From IMG/VR virus record IMGVR_UViG_3300035181_001203, positions 1 through 64,000 of that record: DNA of 64,000 bases; one strand, given 5' to 3'. A program made the position numbers and the translations under genes. The notes under the pieces were generated by a model. The model had not been told where the DNA came from and did no database searches. It saw only the letters and a program-made list of their open reading frames with translations. Source of the DNA: a virus. Of the stretch, positions 36,330-47,409 are shown one piece after another. How positions within the stretch are numbered: the stretch's first letter is position 1; each line of letters begins with the position of its first letter.

Positions 36330-38453
36330 TTAAATTCTCTTAGGATTTTTAATCCAATCTAAATGAAGATTTATGATATCTGAATTAGCTAAATGTGGAA
36401 GCGAAACAGGCTTCTTATTAATAGTATCATAAACTTCAAAATAATGGGTTGAAAAATTATTTGCAGCAATACTAGAATCAAAAAGTTTTCCACCATAAGT
36501 TGTAGGCATATCTTTTATAGAATCATTAGCAACAGTAATTCCATTTAAGTCCATGTATTGTTTATAAGTACAGACTGAGCGATTATATTTTTTCTTTAAA
36601 GCATCCAAAGCATCTTTATCGCTATCTTGATATTTAGAAAAGAGGGTTGTAATTGCGTTTTTTACATCAGTATAAGATTTTTTAGCAACACTTAATCCAT
36701 CTAAAGGCTTAGATCCAATTAATTTTCCCATTTCATCTAAAGACATTTGATTTTGTGAAATAGTATCAATAACATTTCCTAAATCACCAAAATCTTCAAA
36801 ATAGTATCTAGGATAAGCTACATCTAAAGATATATTCTTTTGTCCGGTTGCCGACCATGCTTTTCTTATTCCGGTACAAAAAGCTATAACGTGTTCACCC
36901 ATCTTATTTAAGACAACTAGTGGGAATCCAGGTATAGGATTACAGTCTGGAGTAACCATAACAGAATATTTACGAGTTCCTAAGAAGTTTTGAGCAAATT
37001 CATAATTTAAATAATTATTAATTTTATTAATTGAATCTTGACTGTTATCAAGATTCTTTAATAAAGAACTATCAAATGCATAACTTAAATCAAGTCTTGT
37101 ATATTTGATCCCATATTCAGATTCATACTCGGAATAAGCATCTACTTCTCTAAGATTCCCTGGAACAATGTTTGGTAATGTTAATGATTTTAAATAATCA
37201 TTACTACTATAATTTGGTCCGACTATAACTTGGCAAGTTAATATATTAGAATCTACCCCTGGAATTTCTTTTCGCTGATATAAAACTCTTGTTGGTGTAT
37301 TAAAGTAATCAAAGAAAACAGACTCTTCGAGCACCTGATCAGGCCAGATTACATTACATTGAAATGGAATTCCCATAACAGAAATTGGCTTAAAAATATA
37401 TTCAGCTAATCCCTTATAACTTTTTTTGTTTTTTAGTTCAACTCCATATGTTTTACTATTTGTTGGAGATAATACAGTTACAACTTCTGGATGAGGATCA
37501 ATAGATAAATCTAAAACCTTACCGTTTGCATCTTTAGTTATTTTTGTTAATTTTTCTGATGGTAATAAAGTTTCTACATCAATTTTATCACTTCCACCAT
37601 CAGTATCTATAAAAGTTGGATTTGGAATATCATATACATTAAAAAATCCATATCTTGAAATAGTCATAGCTAATTGCCAAAAAGTATTTTCACCATATAC
37701 ATCATTATCAGTATTTGTAACAAGTTTTACGAATGTATCAACATTAAAATAATTTTTAAGATTAGCAGATGTACTTACACCATAAACCTTATTAGCGAGT
37801 TTATAGTCACATAAAAATCTATCATAATATTTAGGATTACTAGCATTATCAGACGACGATCCATCTGATAGAACCTTCTTAGTATATATTTTACCATTAA
37901 AACTATATTCATAATAAGATGTAGCACTAGTTGGAGGATTAGAAGTTGTGTCAGTTTGACTATGAATATGTGACGTTAAAATGGATGCTATAGCGCATCC
38001 AATATCAAATTGATTTTGTTGTAAAGTTTCTGCAAAGAAATTTGTTATTTGTCCATCTGCTCTCATATTCAAAACATCGCCAGTTCCTCTATAATCAGAA
38101 GAAGCGATATTTTGTAAATAAAAATCAGAACGTTTACGAATATTCCAAATAGCCCCATCAGTTAAACAACTTAATGAAACGAAAACTTCTCCTAAAAGAT
38201 TTCTTTTTCTCTGGACACCAATAATAATGCCATCAAATTCTAATGTTGGTTCATTTATAACGCCACCATCTATAATTTGTTCCCATATCTGTATTTTTGC
38301 ATATTCATGAATTCTTGTAATATATGGGCTATAATTGATAGACACATTTAATGATGCTAAAGATCCTAAAGTAGAAGCGATAACAGTAGAAAGAATAGGA
38401 ACTTGAACACCAGCAATATATGCATATTGTCTATATATTTTAGCTACACTCAT
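36330..38453 (-). CDS. Baseplate hub-like tail protein
   Basis: AYIAGVQVPI N-terminus, CNVIWPD and PGFP motifs; position after tape measure/SLT. Confidence 0.5.
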   Translation of the reverse strand: MSVAKIYRQYAYIAGVQVPILSTVIASTLGSLASLNVSINYSPYITRIHEYAKIQIWEQIIDGGVINEPTLEFDGIIIGVQRKRNLLGEVFVSLSCLTDGAIWNIRKRSDFYLQNIASSDYRGTGDVLNMRADGQITNFFAETLQQNQFDIGCAIASILTSHIHSQTDTTSNPPTSATSYYEYSFNGKIYTKKVLSDGSSSDNASNPKYYDRFLCDYKLANKVYGVSTSANLKNYFNVDTFVKLVTNTDNDVYGENTFWQLAMTISRYGFFNVYDIPNPTFIDTDGGSDKIDVETLLPSEKLTKITKDANGKVLDLSIDPHPEVVTVLSPTNSKTYGVELKNKKSYKGLAEYIFKPISVMGIPFQCNVIWPDQVLEESVFFDYFNTPTRVLYQRKEIPGVDSNILTCQVIVGPNYSSNDYLKSLTLPNIVPGNLREVDAYSEYESEYGIKYTRLDLSYAFDSSLLKNLDNSQDSINKINNYLNYEFAQNFLGTRKYSVMVTPDCNPIPGFPLVVLNKMGEHVIAFCTGIRKAWSATGQKNISLDVAYPRYYFEDFGDLGNVIDTISQNQMSLDEMGKLIGSKPLDGLSVAKKSYTDVKNAITTLFSKYQDSDKDALDALKKKYNRSVCTYKQYMDLNGITVANDSIKDMPTTYGGKLFDSSIAANNFSTHYFEVYDTINKKPVSLPHLANSDIINLHLDWIKNPKRI

Positions 38454-38698
38454 AATGCATCCGAAGGATCATGTTGATATTTAACAATTCCAGTAATACC
38501 ATCTAAAACAGTTGCTATTTGATAATCTTTTATAGTAATAAAAGCTTTTTTTGTAAAATCAGTTACTAAAGAACAAATATATATTCCATTAGCATCTATT
38601 TCTTTAAAAAATACCGTGCATCCAATTCCACAAACAAAACCACCGCTATTAATAGCTTTTAAAAGTATTATATCACCCATAGTTAAACTGGGAAGCAT
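38450..38698 (-). CDS. Hypothetical protein
   Basis: 82-aa ORF in the operon. Confidence 0.55.
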   Translation of the reverse strand: MLPSLTMGDIILLKAINSGGFVCGIGCTVFFKEIDANGIYICSLVTDFTKKAFITIKDYQIATVLDGITGIVKYQHDPSDAL

Positions 38699-38707
38699 GG
38701 TATATCC

Positions 38708-39607
38708 TTATTGTATATAAATTTGTTCTGAAGAAAGTCTTTCTTTAACTATTAAAGAAAAAGAAAAAGTAACAATAAAATCATTAGGAGCAACTTTTGA
38801 TCGCTGGAATCCAAATGGATATCCAGAATAAAGATTACGATCTGCGTACAATTGCAATATATTACCCTGTTCGGCTAATTTTGTCCCACGCATATAATTA
38901 TCCCAAAGGAATAACATATTCATATTCCAGGGGTTATCCATTGTATTTTTGAGAATTCCTTGAATTTGTAAAACTTCAGGACGTCTCCCATAAAATAGTA
39001 ATTGGAAATCTTCTGATGTTTCAACAATTTGCATTCTTTCTTGTGAGGCTTCTCCAAGAGACATTAAAATAAATTGTCTAAACTTATTTTGGGAGATTCC
39101 TGGAGCAATATATTGATTTTGATAATTAGGGAATATTATTGTTTTAGGATCATTTGCATTTACAATTCTAAAGAAAGCAACATCAGCAGCATCGTTAGAT
39201 CTTATTGGAGCATCAATAGAAAAATATCTATTATTATAATCCATAACATCTGTGCTGTCAAAAACTAAACTTATATTATCTTTATTGTTATTTGCCTTAC
39301 TTGTATCTTTATCTCTTACAGAAGGAACACCATTTAAGAATGAGACAGAGTAAATATTACCATTAGAGTCTGATAAATCTTCTCCATAAATTGTTAAATT
39401 AGATAATCCATCTAATTGAGCAGCTTCTATTTTTGCTACATCTGACAATACTTTAGCTAATTGATCTGACATAGCTTTTCTATTAGCTGTATTTATTTCA
39501 GCTATTTGAGACTTACTCATATTAATGAATTTTTCGCTCAGCATAGTTGAAGATAGATCAACTGCCGGAGTATTCCATAGTGTAGCTAAATATGATAAAA
39601 ATTCCAT
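38708..39607 (-). CDS. Tail tube initiator / baseplate-like protein
   Basis: ERMQIVET...FYGRRP...GILKN pattern; position in the tail module. Confidence 0.45.
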   Translation of the reverse strand: MEFLSYLATLWNTPAVDLSSTMLSEKFINMSKSQIAEINTANRKAMSDQLAKVLSDVAKIEAAQLDGLSNLTIYGEDLSDSNGNIYSVSFLNGVPSVRDKDTSKANNNKDNISLVFDSTDVMDYNNRYFSIDAPIRSNDAADVAFFRIVNANDPKTIIFPNYQNQYIAPGISQNKFRQFILMSLGEASQERMQIVETSEDFQLLFYGRRPEVLQIQGILKNTMDNPWNMNMLFLWDNYMRGTKLAEQGNILQLYADRNLYSGYPFGFQRSKVAPNDFIVTFSFSLIVKERLSSEQIYIQ

Positions 39608-39618
39608 TGTAAGTCCTA

Positions 39619-40356
39619 TTATCTGTTCCTAGGTAATTGTTTATTAGTTGCAATTGGAATTAAATTAGCTAATTTTCCATTTGCCATACGCTCTCTTAAT
39701 AGTCCAATATCAAGTTTTGATGTGACAGATTCTAAATTATTCATTGAGTCTCTTGCGCTTTGAGTTAATGCTTGAAAAAATGGTTTGTTTGGATCTGCAA
39801 CTTCAGTTGTCTGTGGTGGAGTAAAATTTGCTTCAGATTGAATACTTGAATCAGCAGGAGCAGATAATGGACCTATTTTATATTCTTTACCTAATGCTTT
39901 TGCTAATCGTTTTGGATATTCTGAGGTTTCAAATGCTTTGCCTTTTGCTGCATCGTTTTTATAATGTTTATAAATAGCTCTAGAGATTGTTTCATTATTA
40001 AGAGGTTTTCCTATTAATTCTCTAGCTACTTCAGGTCCAGCATTATAAGCTATAGCTATTAAGTTTTGATCGTTTTGAAACTGTGGAGCAAGCCATTTAA
40101 TGTAATATGCTGCGGCTAAAGCCTGTTCGTTAACTTTTTTAGAATAGGGTTTATTTGGATGACCTACTCTTCTCCAAATATCTTTCCAAGTATTTCCAGT
40201 TATCTGAAATAAACCATTAACACCTGTTTTTGAACGAGTATCTAAATTAAAATTAGATTCAATTTGAGCAAAAGCAGTAAGTATTTGTTCGCTAACGCCA
40301 GTTACTTTACTGGCATTGCTTATTGCTAATTTAATATCTACGGGAATGTTTTGCAT
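39619..40356 (-). CDS. Lytic transglycosylase (SLT)
   Basis: AQIESNFN, GLFQI, AYNAGP. Confidence 0.9.
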   Translation of the reverse strand: MQNIPVDIKLAISNASKVTGVSEQILTAFAQIESNFNLDTRSKTGVNGLFQITGNTWKDIWRRVGHPNKPYSKKVNEQALAAAYYIKWLAPQFQNDQNLIAIAYNAGPEVARELIGKPLNNETISRAIYKHYKNDAAKGKAFETSEYPKRLAKALGKEYKIGPLSAPADSSIQSEANFTPPQTTEVADPNKPFFQALTQSARDSMNNLESVTSKLDIGLLRERMANGKLANLIPIATNKQLPRNR

Positions 40357-43250
40357 TATTTAATAGCATTAGCTAAGGCGTTACAAGCTCTTGTTAAAGC
40401 TTCTACAGCTTGATTATTTGGATTATCAGCAGAAACTCCAAATTGTTTATTTGCTGCATCATCAACAGGGCCTATTTGCATATCTTTAAACCAACCAGTA
40501 TGCATGAATTCACTAAAATGATTTTCTTTATCATTTTTATTTAGGTCAGCATGCATCTCAATATTTCTTACTAAAGCTTCAGCAAAATTAGAACTACCTG
40601 TAGCAATTTCAGCATTATAAATTAAATCTTTTTTATTTGTTCCTTGTGACAACCACTTTTTAACATCAGCAGCACTCATATTTTTAAAGTTATCAATGGT
40701 ATATTTGAGTTTACCAACCTTATCTTTATATGTATCAAAATTAATATTACTATATTTACCATGACCTGCATTTTGTATAGCAACAAATGCATTTCTTTCA
40801 CTAAATTCATCTTCTTGATTTCGTCTTTTTTGATATTCAGCAAATAAACCTTTACCGCCTGCTCCAATAGAACCATCTGCACGAATATACTTTTCTAAAA
40901 GATTAATTTCATCTTTTGATAAGTTATTTCCCGGCATATTTATAATTTCATCAAAAGCAGCCACATTTTCATCTTTATTATCTCCCATATTACTATAAAG
41001 TAATCTTAACGAATCAATATTTTTGCCATTAACAATTTTTTCAAATGCTTTATAAACTTTATCTGAAACTGGACTATATCCTTCAAGCTTTCCAAAATTT
41101 CTTGGATCTTGACCATATGTTGAAGCATCCCTAACAGCTTGCCCAATTGTCATTCTTGAAGAACCACCTTCACGTAAAAGAACTCTCTTTGATTTTAACC
41201 ACGGTGCGAAATCATCTATAAGCATTGTCGTAAGAACACTATCATCCTTACGTGCCTCTCTTTCTTTTTCAATTTCAGCTAATATCATATTAATGGCTTT
41301 TTCAGCATTACTTGATGATAAGTTATTTCCAGCACCACTTCCCATAGTAGCATCTTCCATGATGCTTCTTTTTATTTTAGTTGCGCTTACTACATCGCCT
41401 TTTAATAAAGATGAGTAAAGTTTTCCAATACGATCACTAAATAAACTTCTAAATGCACCAAAACTATCTCTCTCTTCATCGGTTACATTACTAGATTTAA
41501 TATCTTTATAAAAACTTTCTAATTTAATACTATTTGAATTACTATATGGGCTAATTTCTTGTCTTATACTATTTAAACTAAACGTAGTTAATTTTGTTGG
41601 ATTATTAGTTCTATCAGCTTCTTTTCTAGCAGCACTTCCAGCAGCAAGCATAGAACCCATACCACCATCAAACAAGGCGGCATCAACCTGTGCTCGTTCT
41701 TCTGGAGTTTGTGGATTTAAAACCCCTACAACAGCAGCATAAGCCTCAGAAGGAGTTTTATTCTTACTAAACTCTTGATACATACTTATCGCTGCTTTTT
41801 TAAGATTAGCATTTGGGTCTGTTGCATCTGGAAGCATTCCATGTTGCATTAATACAGTTCCCGCAGCGGTGCTACCACCTGCACGACTAGCCAAATAAGC
41901 TGCGGCTGTAGCTATAGCAGATTGTGGACTACTAGCATTACCACTAAAGCGATTTATAAATCCATATCCATACTGTCCATAACCTATAGCTCTTTCTGTA
42001 TTTTTTATAGATAAACTTCCAGCATCAATACTTCTATCTATAATTCCAGCTTCCTGTAAAGCTTTTACAGACGCTAATTCGGTTAATCCAGATTGACCAA
42101 CAATTCCTTTATTTAATCCAGATTGTAATCCCATACCAATATATGCACCACCAAGATTAGCCACAGTTGCTAAATCTAATCCAGTAGACATTGATGTAGT
42201 AATCATATTACCCATCATTGTATTTTGTTCTAAATTATTAAAACCCATTTGATTTAATTTAGCTTTTAGACCAAGGATTGAATCTTTGGTTGTATTTGCC
42301 AGGGCAGCAAACTTCTCTACTATCACAATGGTATCTTTTACAAACTTCTCCATTCCATCAACATCTTTTAAGTTTTGATCCCTAAATAATCCAGCTTGCA
42401 TCATCTTAGGTATAAACTCAGAAGCTTTTGTGTCTGGAGCTAATCTATCAGCAAGAGCATCGCCAATTAAAGGTATGTATCTAGCTCCATATGGATTACG
42501 TTCACTCTCATAAAATCTACCAATTAATGCGTCAGAAGTATCTTTATCTAAACGTCTTTGACCTGCCCCATATGAAAGATCGGTTATTTCAGTCATTTTT
42601 CTAAAGTTTTGTTTATATTCTTCTGGTTGAGCATATCCTACATTATATAATCTACCAACAATCTGATCTAATGCAAATCCTACGCCAAGTCCCGCCATTG
42701 GACTAAGAAGTTTTGCCGCTCCAGATCCTAAAGCACTAGATAAAACAGATGTTAATCCACCACCAGCTTCAATTTTTAGATCTTCGATTCTATGATTCCA
42801 TGATCTTTGCATTTGAAATTCTAATTCCTCCTGACTCATAAACTCAGGACGACGACCACCAATTTTTAATGCTCTACCAAACTCACTTTGAGCTATTCCA
42901 GAAGCCCATGCAGCTTCTCTAATAAACCCACGTTGTAATTCGTAATTACCACCGCCCAATAACATATCTTGGTATTGAGTTTCTTTAGCTTTATCAACTA
43001 CAGATTTACCTGTGTTATATATGGCCATACTAGCAGCCATAGTGCCTTGCAACACATTTGCCATATCTCTATGGAAATTATCTTGAGCAGTACGCATAGT
43101 AGCAGCTAAATTATTTTGCCCAAGATTCATTACAGCTTGATTGTTTTGTAAATAAGAATAATCCATCATTTGAGAAGATGGATTAGGTATATTCTGACCA
43201 AACTGTTGACTAGGATCATTCGGTTGATTGTAATATGGCATATCTGGCAT
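40356..43250 (-). CDS. Tape measure protein (putative)
   Basis: 964 aa, helical, A/G-rich with hydrophobic segments; lies between the frameshifted chaperone and SLT. Confidence 0.7.
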   Translation of the reverse strand: MPDMPYYNQPNDPSQQFGQNIPNPSSQMMDYSYLQNNQAVMNLGQNNLAATMRTAQDNFHRDMANVLQGTMAASMAIYNTGKSVVDKAKETQYQDMLLGGGNYELQRGFIREAAWASGIAQSEFGRALKIGGRRPEFMSQEELEFQMQRSWNHRIEDLKIEAGGGLTSVLSSALGSGAAKLLSPMAGLGVGFALDQIVGRLYNVGYAQPEEYKQNFRKMTEITDLSYGAGQRRLDKDTSDALIGRFYESERNPYGARYIPLIGDALADRLAPDTKASEFIPKMMQAGLFRDQNLKDVDGMEKFVKDTIVIVEKFAALANTTKDSILGLKAKLNQMGFNNLEQNTMMGNMITTSMSTGLDLATVANLGGAYIGMGLQSGLNKGIVGQSGLTELASVKALQEAGIIDRSIDAGSLSIKNTERAIGYGQYGYGFINRFSGNASSPQSAIATAAAYLASRAGGSTAAGTVLMQHGMLPDATDPNANLKKAAISMYQEFSKNKTPSEAYAAVVGVLNPQTPEERAQVDAALFDGGMGSMLAAGSAARKEADRTNNPTKLTTFSLNSIRQEISPYSNSNSIKLESFYKDIKSSNVTDEERDSFGAFRSLFSDRIGKLYSSLLKGDVVSATKIKRSIMEDATMGSGAGNNLSSSNAEKAINMILAEIEKEREARKDDSVLTTMLIDDFAPWLKSKRVLLREGGSSRMTIGQAVRDASTYGQDPRNFGKLEGYSPVSDKVYKAFEKIVNGKNIDSLRLLYSNMGDNKDENVAAFDEIINMPGNNLSKDEINLLEKYIRADGSIGAGGKGLFAEYQKRRNQEDEFSERNAFVAIQNAGHGKYSNINFDTYKDKVGKLKYTIDNFKNMSAADVKKWLSQGTNKKDLIYNAEIATGSSNFAEALVRNIEMHADLNKNDKENHFSEFMHTGWFKDMQIGPVDDAANKQFGVSADNPNNQAVEALTRACNALANAIK

Positions 43251-43253
43251 ATT

Positions 43254-43628
43254 TTAACTCTTATTAAATTGTCTATTTACTTCAAGAGGATCTAACTTAT
43301 TTTTTGTATCAACAGAAATTCTAAGTTTATCTCCAAATTTAGTAAGATTTTCTCTTGCTTTTTCCATCAAACTTTCATCTTCATCTTTGACTTCAGGGAA
43401 TAAGAATTTAATCATATTCTTTCTAGTTGTTTCTACGCCTTCCTTATTTCCAACCGATGCTTGAGCTTGCATAATATTATATAATAATTCTTTTTTAATC
43501 TCTGTTTTTATTCCTTCTTCTTTCATATACATTAATAAAGGTTTAAACTCATCTGGGCAAAAGTTTAATTGACCTCTAGCAGCTAATAAAGCAATTCGCT
43601 GGCCCCTAGAAGTCTCTAGGAGTTTTTT
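43254..43628 (-). CDS. Tail assembly chaperone, frameshift extension (GT-like)
   Basis: The -1 frame from the slippery site is open: KLLETSRGQRIALLAARGQLNFCPDEFKPLL runs into ORF 43254-43532. Confidence 0.7.
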   Translation of the reverse strand, partial: KKLLETSRGQRIALLAARGQLNFCPDEFKPLLMYMKEEGIKTEIKKELLYNIMQAQASVGNKEGVETTRKNMIKFLFPEVKDEDESLMEKARENLTKFGDKLRISVDTKNKLDPLEVNRQFNKS

Positions 43629-44113
43629 AGTGCTTGCTCACTATTAAAAGCTTTTGATGTAAGAGTAGCAAAAACCATAAGCCATTTAGAAATCTCACGA
43701 ACATTATCTTCGTTGAGTTCTTCAATAAAACTAATTCGTTCTTCAATTGAGCCTTGAGAAACTTGTGTAGTATTATTCTGGATCTTTATACGAACAAGCT
43801 GTAATGCAATATTGGTATTTTTAGTATATGTATCAATAATGGCGCGAGAAGTATCTTCATGATCTTTTGTAAATTGTCGAACAAGATCATACCCTAAAAT
43901 TCTTTCCTTTTCAGAGATTGTTGAATAAGTTAAATAATAAAGATCTTTAAATACTTCAAAGGTTTTTGTGTAAGTGCCTAGTGTAAGAATTTGAATAAGA
44001 ATATCTTTTAATTCATCAATATTAGTTGTATAAAGAACTTTCCCTTCATAATCCTTTATTTCAAAAAAACTATTATCAACTTTTGCTTCTTGACTTTCGA
44101 CTAGCTCTGCCAT
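43616..44113 (-). CDS. Tail assembly chaperone (G-like)
   Basis: Acidic 165-aa protein ending CTA AAA AAC TCC TAG, upstream of tape measure; AGGAGG RBS and TGATATAAT. Confidence 0.7.
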   Translation of the reverse strand: MAELVESQEAKVDNSFFEIKDYEGKVLYTTNIDELKDILIQILTLGTYTKTFEVFKDLYYLTYSTISEKERILGYDLVRQFTKDHEDTSRAIIDTYTKNTNIALQLVRIKIQNNTTQVSQGSIEERISFIEELNEDNVREISKWLMVFATLTSKAFNSEQALKNS

Positions 44114-44135
44114 ATGGCCTCCTAATGTTATTATA

Positions 44136-46061
44136 TCATGATTGTGCAGGGATGAAACCCCACTTTGCTTTTAAGAAAAATAAAGATATAGATTTGCCAG
44201 GGTAGTATCCCGAAAAATGAATATTATTTACTTTTTTAACATCGCCTGAAATTCTTACACTTAAACTCCAATTATGGCATCTAATTTGTTCTCCAGCATG
44301 AGGTATTTTATTTATAGATGATGCTAAATTATATTTTTGTAGAGTACAACTATTTAGCTTTATATATTTTCTAACCTGCGTATCAAATGCATCAGTTCGA
44401 TAACTAATACCATCTGCAACTGTTTGTGCTGGAATAGTAACTCCAGTAGTAGGAACTATATATGCTGCCCACGTAAATATAGGATTATTTAAAATAACTC
44501 CAGTAGAAGAATCAATTTTAATGCTACCGTCAATATCTCCAGGGGGCGCAGTTATTGTGTTTGTAAACGTCCATGCTCCAGTAGCATCTGGAATAAAATC
44601 AGTAACAGTAAAATCTGCGTCTGTCAATATTTTTACTTTAACAACTCTATTTGTAATATCAAGAACCTTAAAAAGTAGCGGAAATGGAACTATTGTTGTT
44701 CCTTGAACCCAAGTAAATGTTAAAGGTTTTTGAGTAATGGGATTTATATAATAATAAGAACTTCCAATCTGAATATCTGAAACTTTTGTAATATCTGTTA
44801 AATATAAACCAAAAGTTCCGTCACCATTATTAATTAATTTATTATAATCAAAAGTTTCTTTACCATAGTTATAATAAGATCCAATTACTCTAGTTGTCAC
44901 AGAATCATTTGGGCCTAATGCATCGCCACGAGCAACAGCTCTAACAATAGTTTCACCATCATTAATAGATAAATCAAAAATTAAATTAACATCAGGCCCA
45001 AGTCTATAATCTAATCCAGCAGAAATTAATCCATCTGGTCCATCTGGAACTACTATATAGCCTTCTTCAGTTCTAGAGGCGATTGTTACAATCATTCCAG
45101 AATTAGGATCAAAATTCTTTGCCATCTCATTTAATCTAGGAATAACAACAAAATCATCATCAATATTACAATCAAATATTCCACCTGAATTTGTAAGACT
45201 CCAATTAAAAGATGATTCTTGGGTATCGGTATAAATAAAATCAGATAAAAAATCATCAGGTATAGTTTTTGCTGATGCTAAACTAACCTGTAATGCACCC
45301 TTAACAGATTGATAATAAAGGAATGAATTGATTCTATTTCGTAATAATGTTAATCCTATGTTTAATTGCATTTTAATACGTTTACCCGAATCTAATAATG
45401 TAGTTGTAGCTTTATTGGCTTCAGCTATTGCATTTTGTAATTCTACTACAGCACCTAAAAGATCAAAAATATCTGTTGATTGTTGAAGTTGAGAAAATAC
45501 TTCTTTACCACAGATTGCAATTAAGTAATTAGCGTTAGTTTCAACAAGCATCATATGTTTTAATTCTGTAATTTGAGATTCGAGTTCATCAATTTTCTGA
45601 ATAATAGTTACAATCATTTCATTAATAGAAGCTATGTAACTATTGATTAAGTTGTTAACATTAGTTACTACTTGTGTATAACACTTTGCAGCATCATAAA
45701 CTTCTTTAATTAAACTTACAGCACCAGCAGCTAATTTTTTATCTTTTGAATTCTCTGGTCCCATTGCTTGAAATTTTGTCTTAATTTCATTCATTGCAGC
45801 AATTTTAAAGTTATTTAATCCATCAATAATTGGTTGTAATGTTACGATTCCTAATCCCTCATTCATATTAAATTCATCTGAACGAGTCTTTGGATATTGA
45901 CATAATTGTTTAGGAATATATGGCTTAAAATTTCTACGACCAGCCTGAATATTGTTTAAGATACTTTGCGTTAATTGTGATTGAGTAGCTACTGGCCCAA
46001 GCTTTGAGTCTAATAAGCTAATTGTATCATTAAGTATAGTTTTATTTTCTACTTGTTTCAT
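44136..46061 (-). CDS. Hypothetical virion protein (coiled-coil N-terminus, beta-rich C-terminus)
   Basis: 641-aa ORF in the structural operon. Confidence 0.55.
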   Translation of the reverse strand: MKQVENKTILNDTISLLDSKLGPVATQSQLTQSILNNIQAGRRNFKPYIPKQLCQYPKTRSDEFNMNEGLGIVTLQPIIDGLNNFKIAAMNEIKTKFQAMGPENSKDKKLAAGAVSLIKEVYDAAKCYTQVVTNVNNLINSYIASINEMIVTIIQKIDELESQITELKHMMLVETNANYLIAICGKEVFSQLQQSTDIFDLLGAVVELQNAIAEANKATTTLLDSGKRIKMQLNIGLTLLRNRINSFLYYQSVKGALQVSLASAKTIPDDFLSDFIYTDTQESSFNWSLTNSGGIFDCNIDDDFVVIPRLNEMAKNFDPNSGMIVTIASRTEEGYIVVPDGPDGLISAGLDYRLGPDVNLIFDLSINDGETIVRAVARGDALGPNDSVTTRVIGSYYNYGKETFDYNKLINNGDGTFGLYLTDITKVSDIQIGSSYYYINPITQKPLTFTWVQGTTIVPFPLLFKVLDITNRVVKVKILTDADFTVTDFIPDATGAWTFTNTITAPPGDIDGSIKIDSSTGVILNNPIFTWAAYIVPTTGVTIPAQTVADGISYRTDAFDTQVRKYIKLNSCTLQKYNLASSINKIPHAGEQIRCHNWSLSVRISGDVKKVNNIHFSGYYPGKSISLFFLKAKWGFIPAQS

Positions 46062-46063
46062 AA

Positions 46064-46435
46064 TTATATTCTTCTTTTAAAGAGTAAAATATTGTTTTTA
46101 GTATCTATACCCATACATATAGCAATATATTTATCATCTTCTGCCAAATCTAGAATACCATTTTTAACGGTTAAGTTGCAATTTTCTGTATATACACTAG
46201 TTTTATTATATTGATCTGTTCCAGCTTCATAGTATCCAACAATAATGAAAAGATTTGATACAGGTGCCCTTTGATTTAAATTATACACTTGTTCTACTGG
46301 TTTAGACATATCAGGAGCAATAATAGCTTCTTCATTTTGAATTTGAATCCAACTTCCTATATCTGGAATAGTTGTCATTTTATTTTTTAAAATAACATTT
46401 ATTATTCTATGTTGATTTGTGAATATCTGTAACAT
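46064..46435 (-). CDS. Hypothetical protein
   Basis: 123-aa ORF. Confidence 0.55.
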   Translation of the reverse strand: MLQIFTNQHRIINVILKNKMTTIPDIGSWIQIQNEEAIIAPDMSKPVEQVYNLNQRAPVSNLFIIVGYYEAGTDQYNKTSVYTENCNLTVKNGILDLAEDDKYIAICMGIDTKNNILLFKRRI

Positions 46436-46443
46436 ATTATTCC

Positions 46444-47409
46444 TTATATGAATATAGCTTTTTGTATTTGTCTATATCTAGTATTATAAACATATAGATT
46501 TGTACCGGAAGATGCTATCATAGCAATATCATCATCATTATTTATGATTTTCGAAATATTATTTACAAGGTCTATAGAAATTAAATTAGTCCAACTTGTC
46601 AATACATAAATTACACCATTTGAATCAACACATAAAGAATATAAATCATTATTTAAAATGGTTGCATCTATAGTTCCAACAACATCATTTTGATAATTAG
46701 GGGGTGTTTGAGTTCCAACAACGACCTCTACAGTGTTTGTACTAGGTTTATATCTTCGTATTTGTGAGTTAAGAGTGAAATATATCCAATCACCAACAAC
46801 ACCATTATAAGCAAGACAATATGCAGTATTACAAATAACCTCAGATGTATATTTAAGTGTTAAAGTTCCGGTTGTAGTTAATTGCCATATTTCTAAATAA
46901 CTACTTTGATTAATTACCGTAATATAAAAATTTCCATCTGAATAAAAAATAATACCACTACACCATTTTCCACCCGTATCAGCAACTTGAGTTAAAACAC
47001 CAGAAATTACTCTATAAATTTTTCCGGTACTACCTCCATCACAACAATATAAGTTATTATTCGTATCAAAAGCAATTCCACCTATTGATGGTAAATCATT
47101 AACAATAGTTGTTTCTATATTATTTAAAATTTTTGCTATAGAAGAACCATCACTTAAATAAAAAGCATTATCAATATTATTAAAAATAAAAGCCCAAGGA
47201 TACATATAAGAAGAAGAAGCAATATATATAAATGTAATAACACTAGTTGTAGATGTACCATTTTTATTTACTCTAAAATTTATAGAATTATTAATTATAT
47301 CACAAACTCTAATATAATATGTTCCAGTATATGGTAATATATAATCACCAATTGAACGTGAATATTCTGCTATTACATTTAATGAACTGTCTAATAAATA
47401 GTACATCAT
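46444..47409 (-). CDS. Beta-propeller (NHL/SMP-30-like) protein; may be the C-terminus of the upstream gene
   Basis: GIAFDTNNNLY, GIIFYSDGNFYI, SLCVDSNGVIYV blades. Confidence 0.6.
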   Translation of the reverse strand: MMYYLLDSSLNVIAEYSRSIGDYILPYTGTYYIRVCDIINNSINFRVNKNGTSTTSVITFIYIASSSYMYPWAFIFNNIDNAFYLSDGSSIAKILNNIETTIVNDLPSIGGIAFDTNNNLYCCDGGSTGKIYRVISGVLTQVADTGGKWCSGIIFYSDGNFYITVINQSSYLEIWQLTTTGTLTLKYTSEVICNTAYCLAYNGVVGDWIYFTLNSQIRRYKPSTNTVEVVVGTQTPPNYQNDVVGTIDATILNNDLYSLCVDSNGVIYVLTSWTNLISIDLVNNISKIINNDDDIAMIASSGTNLYVYNTRYRQIQKAIFI

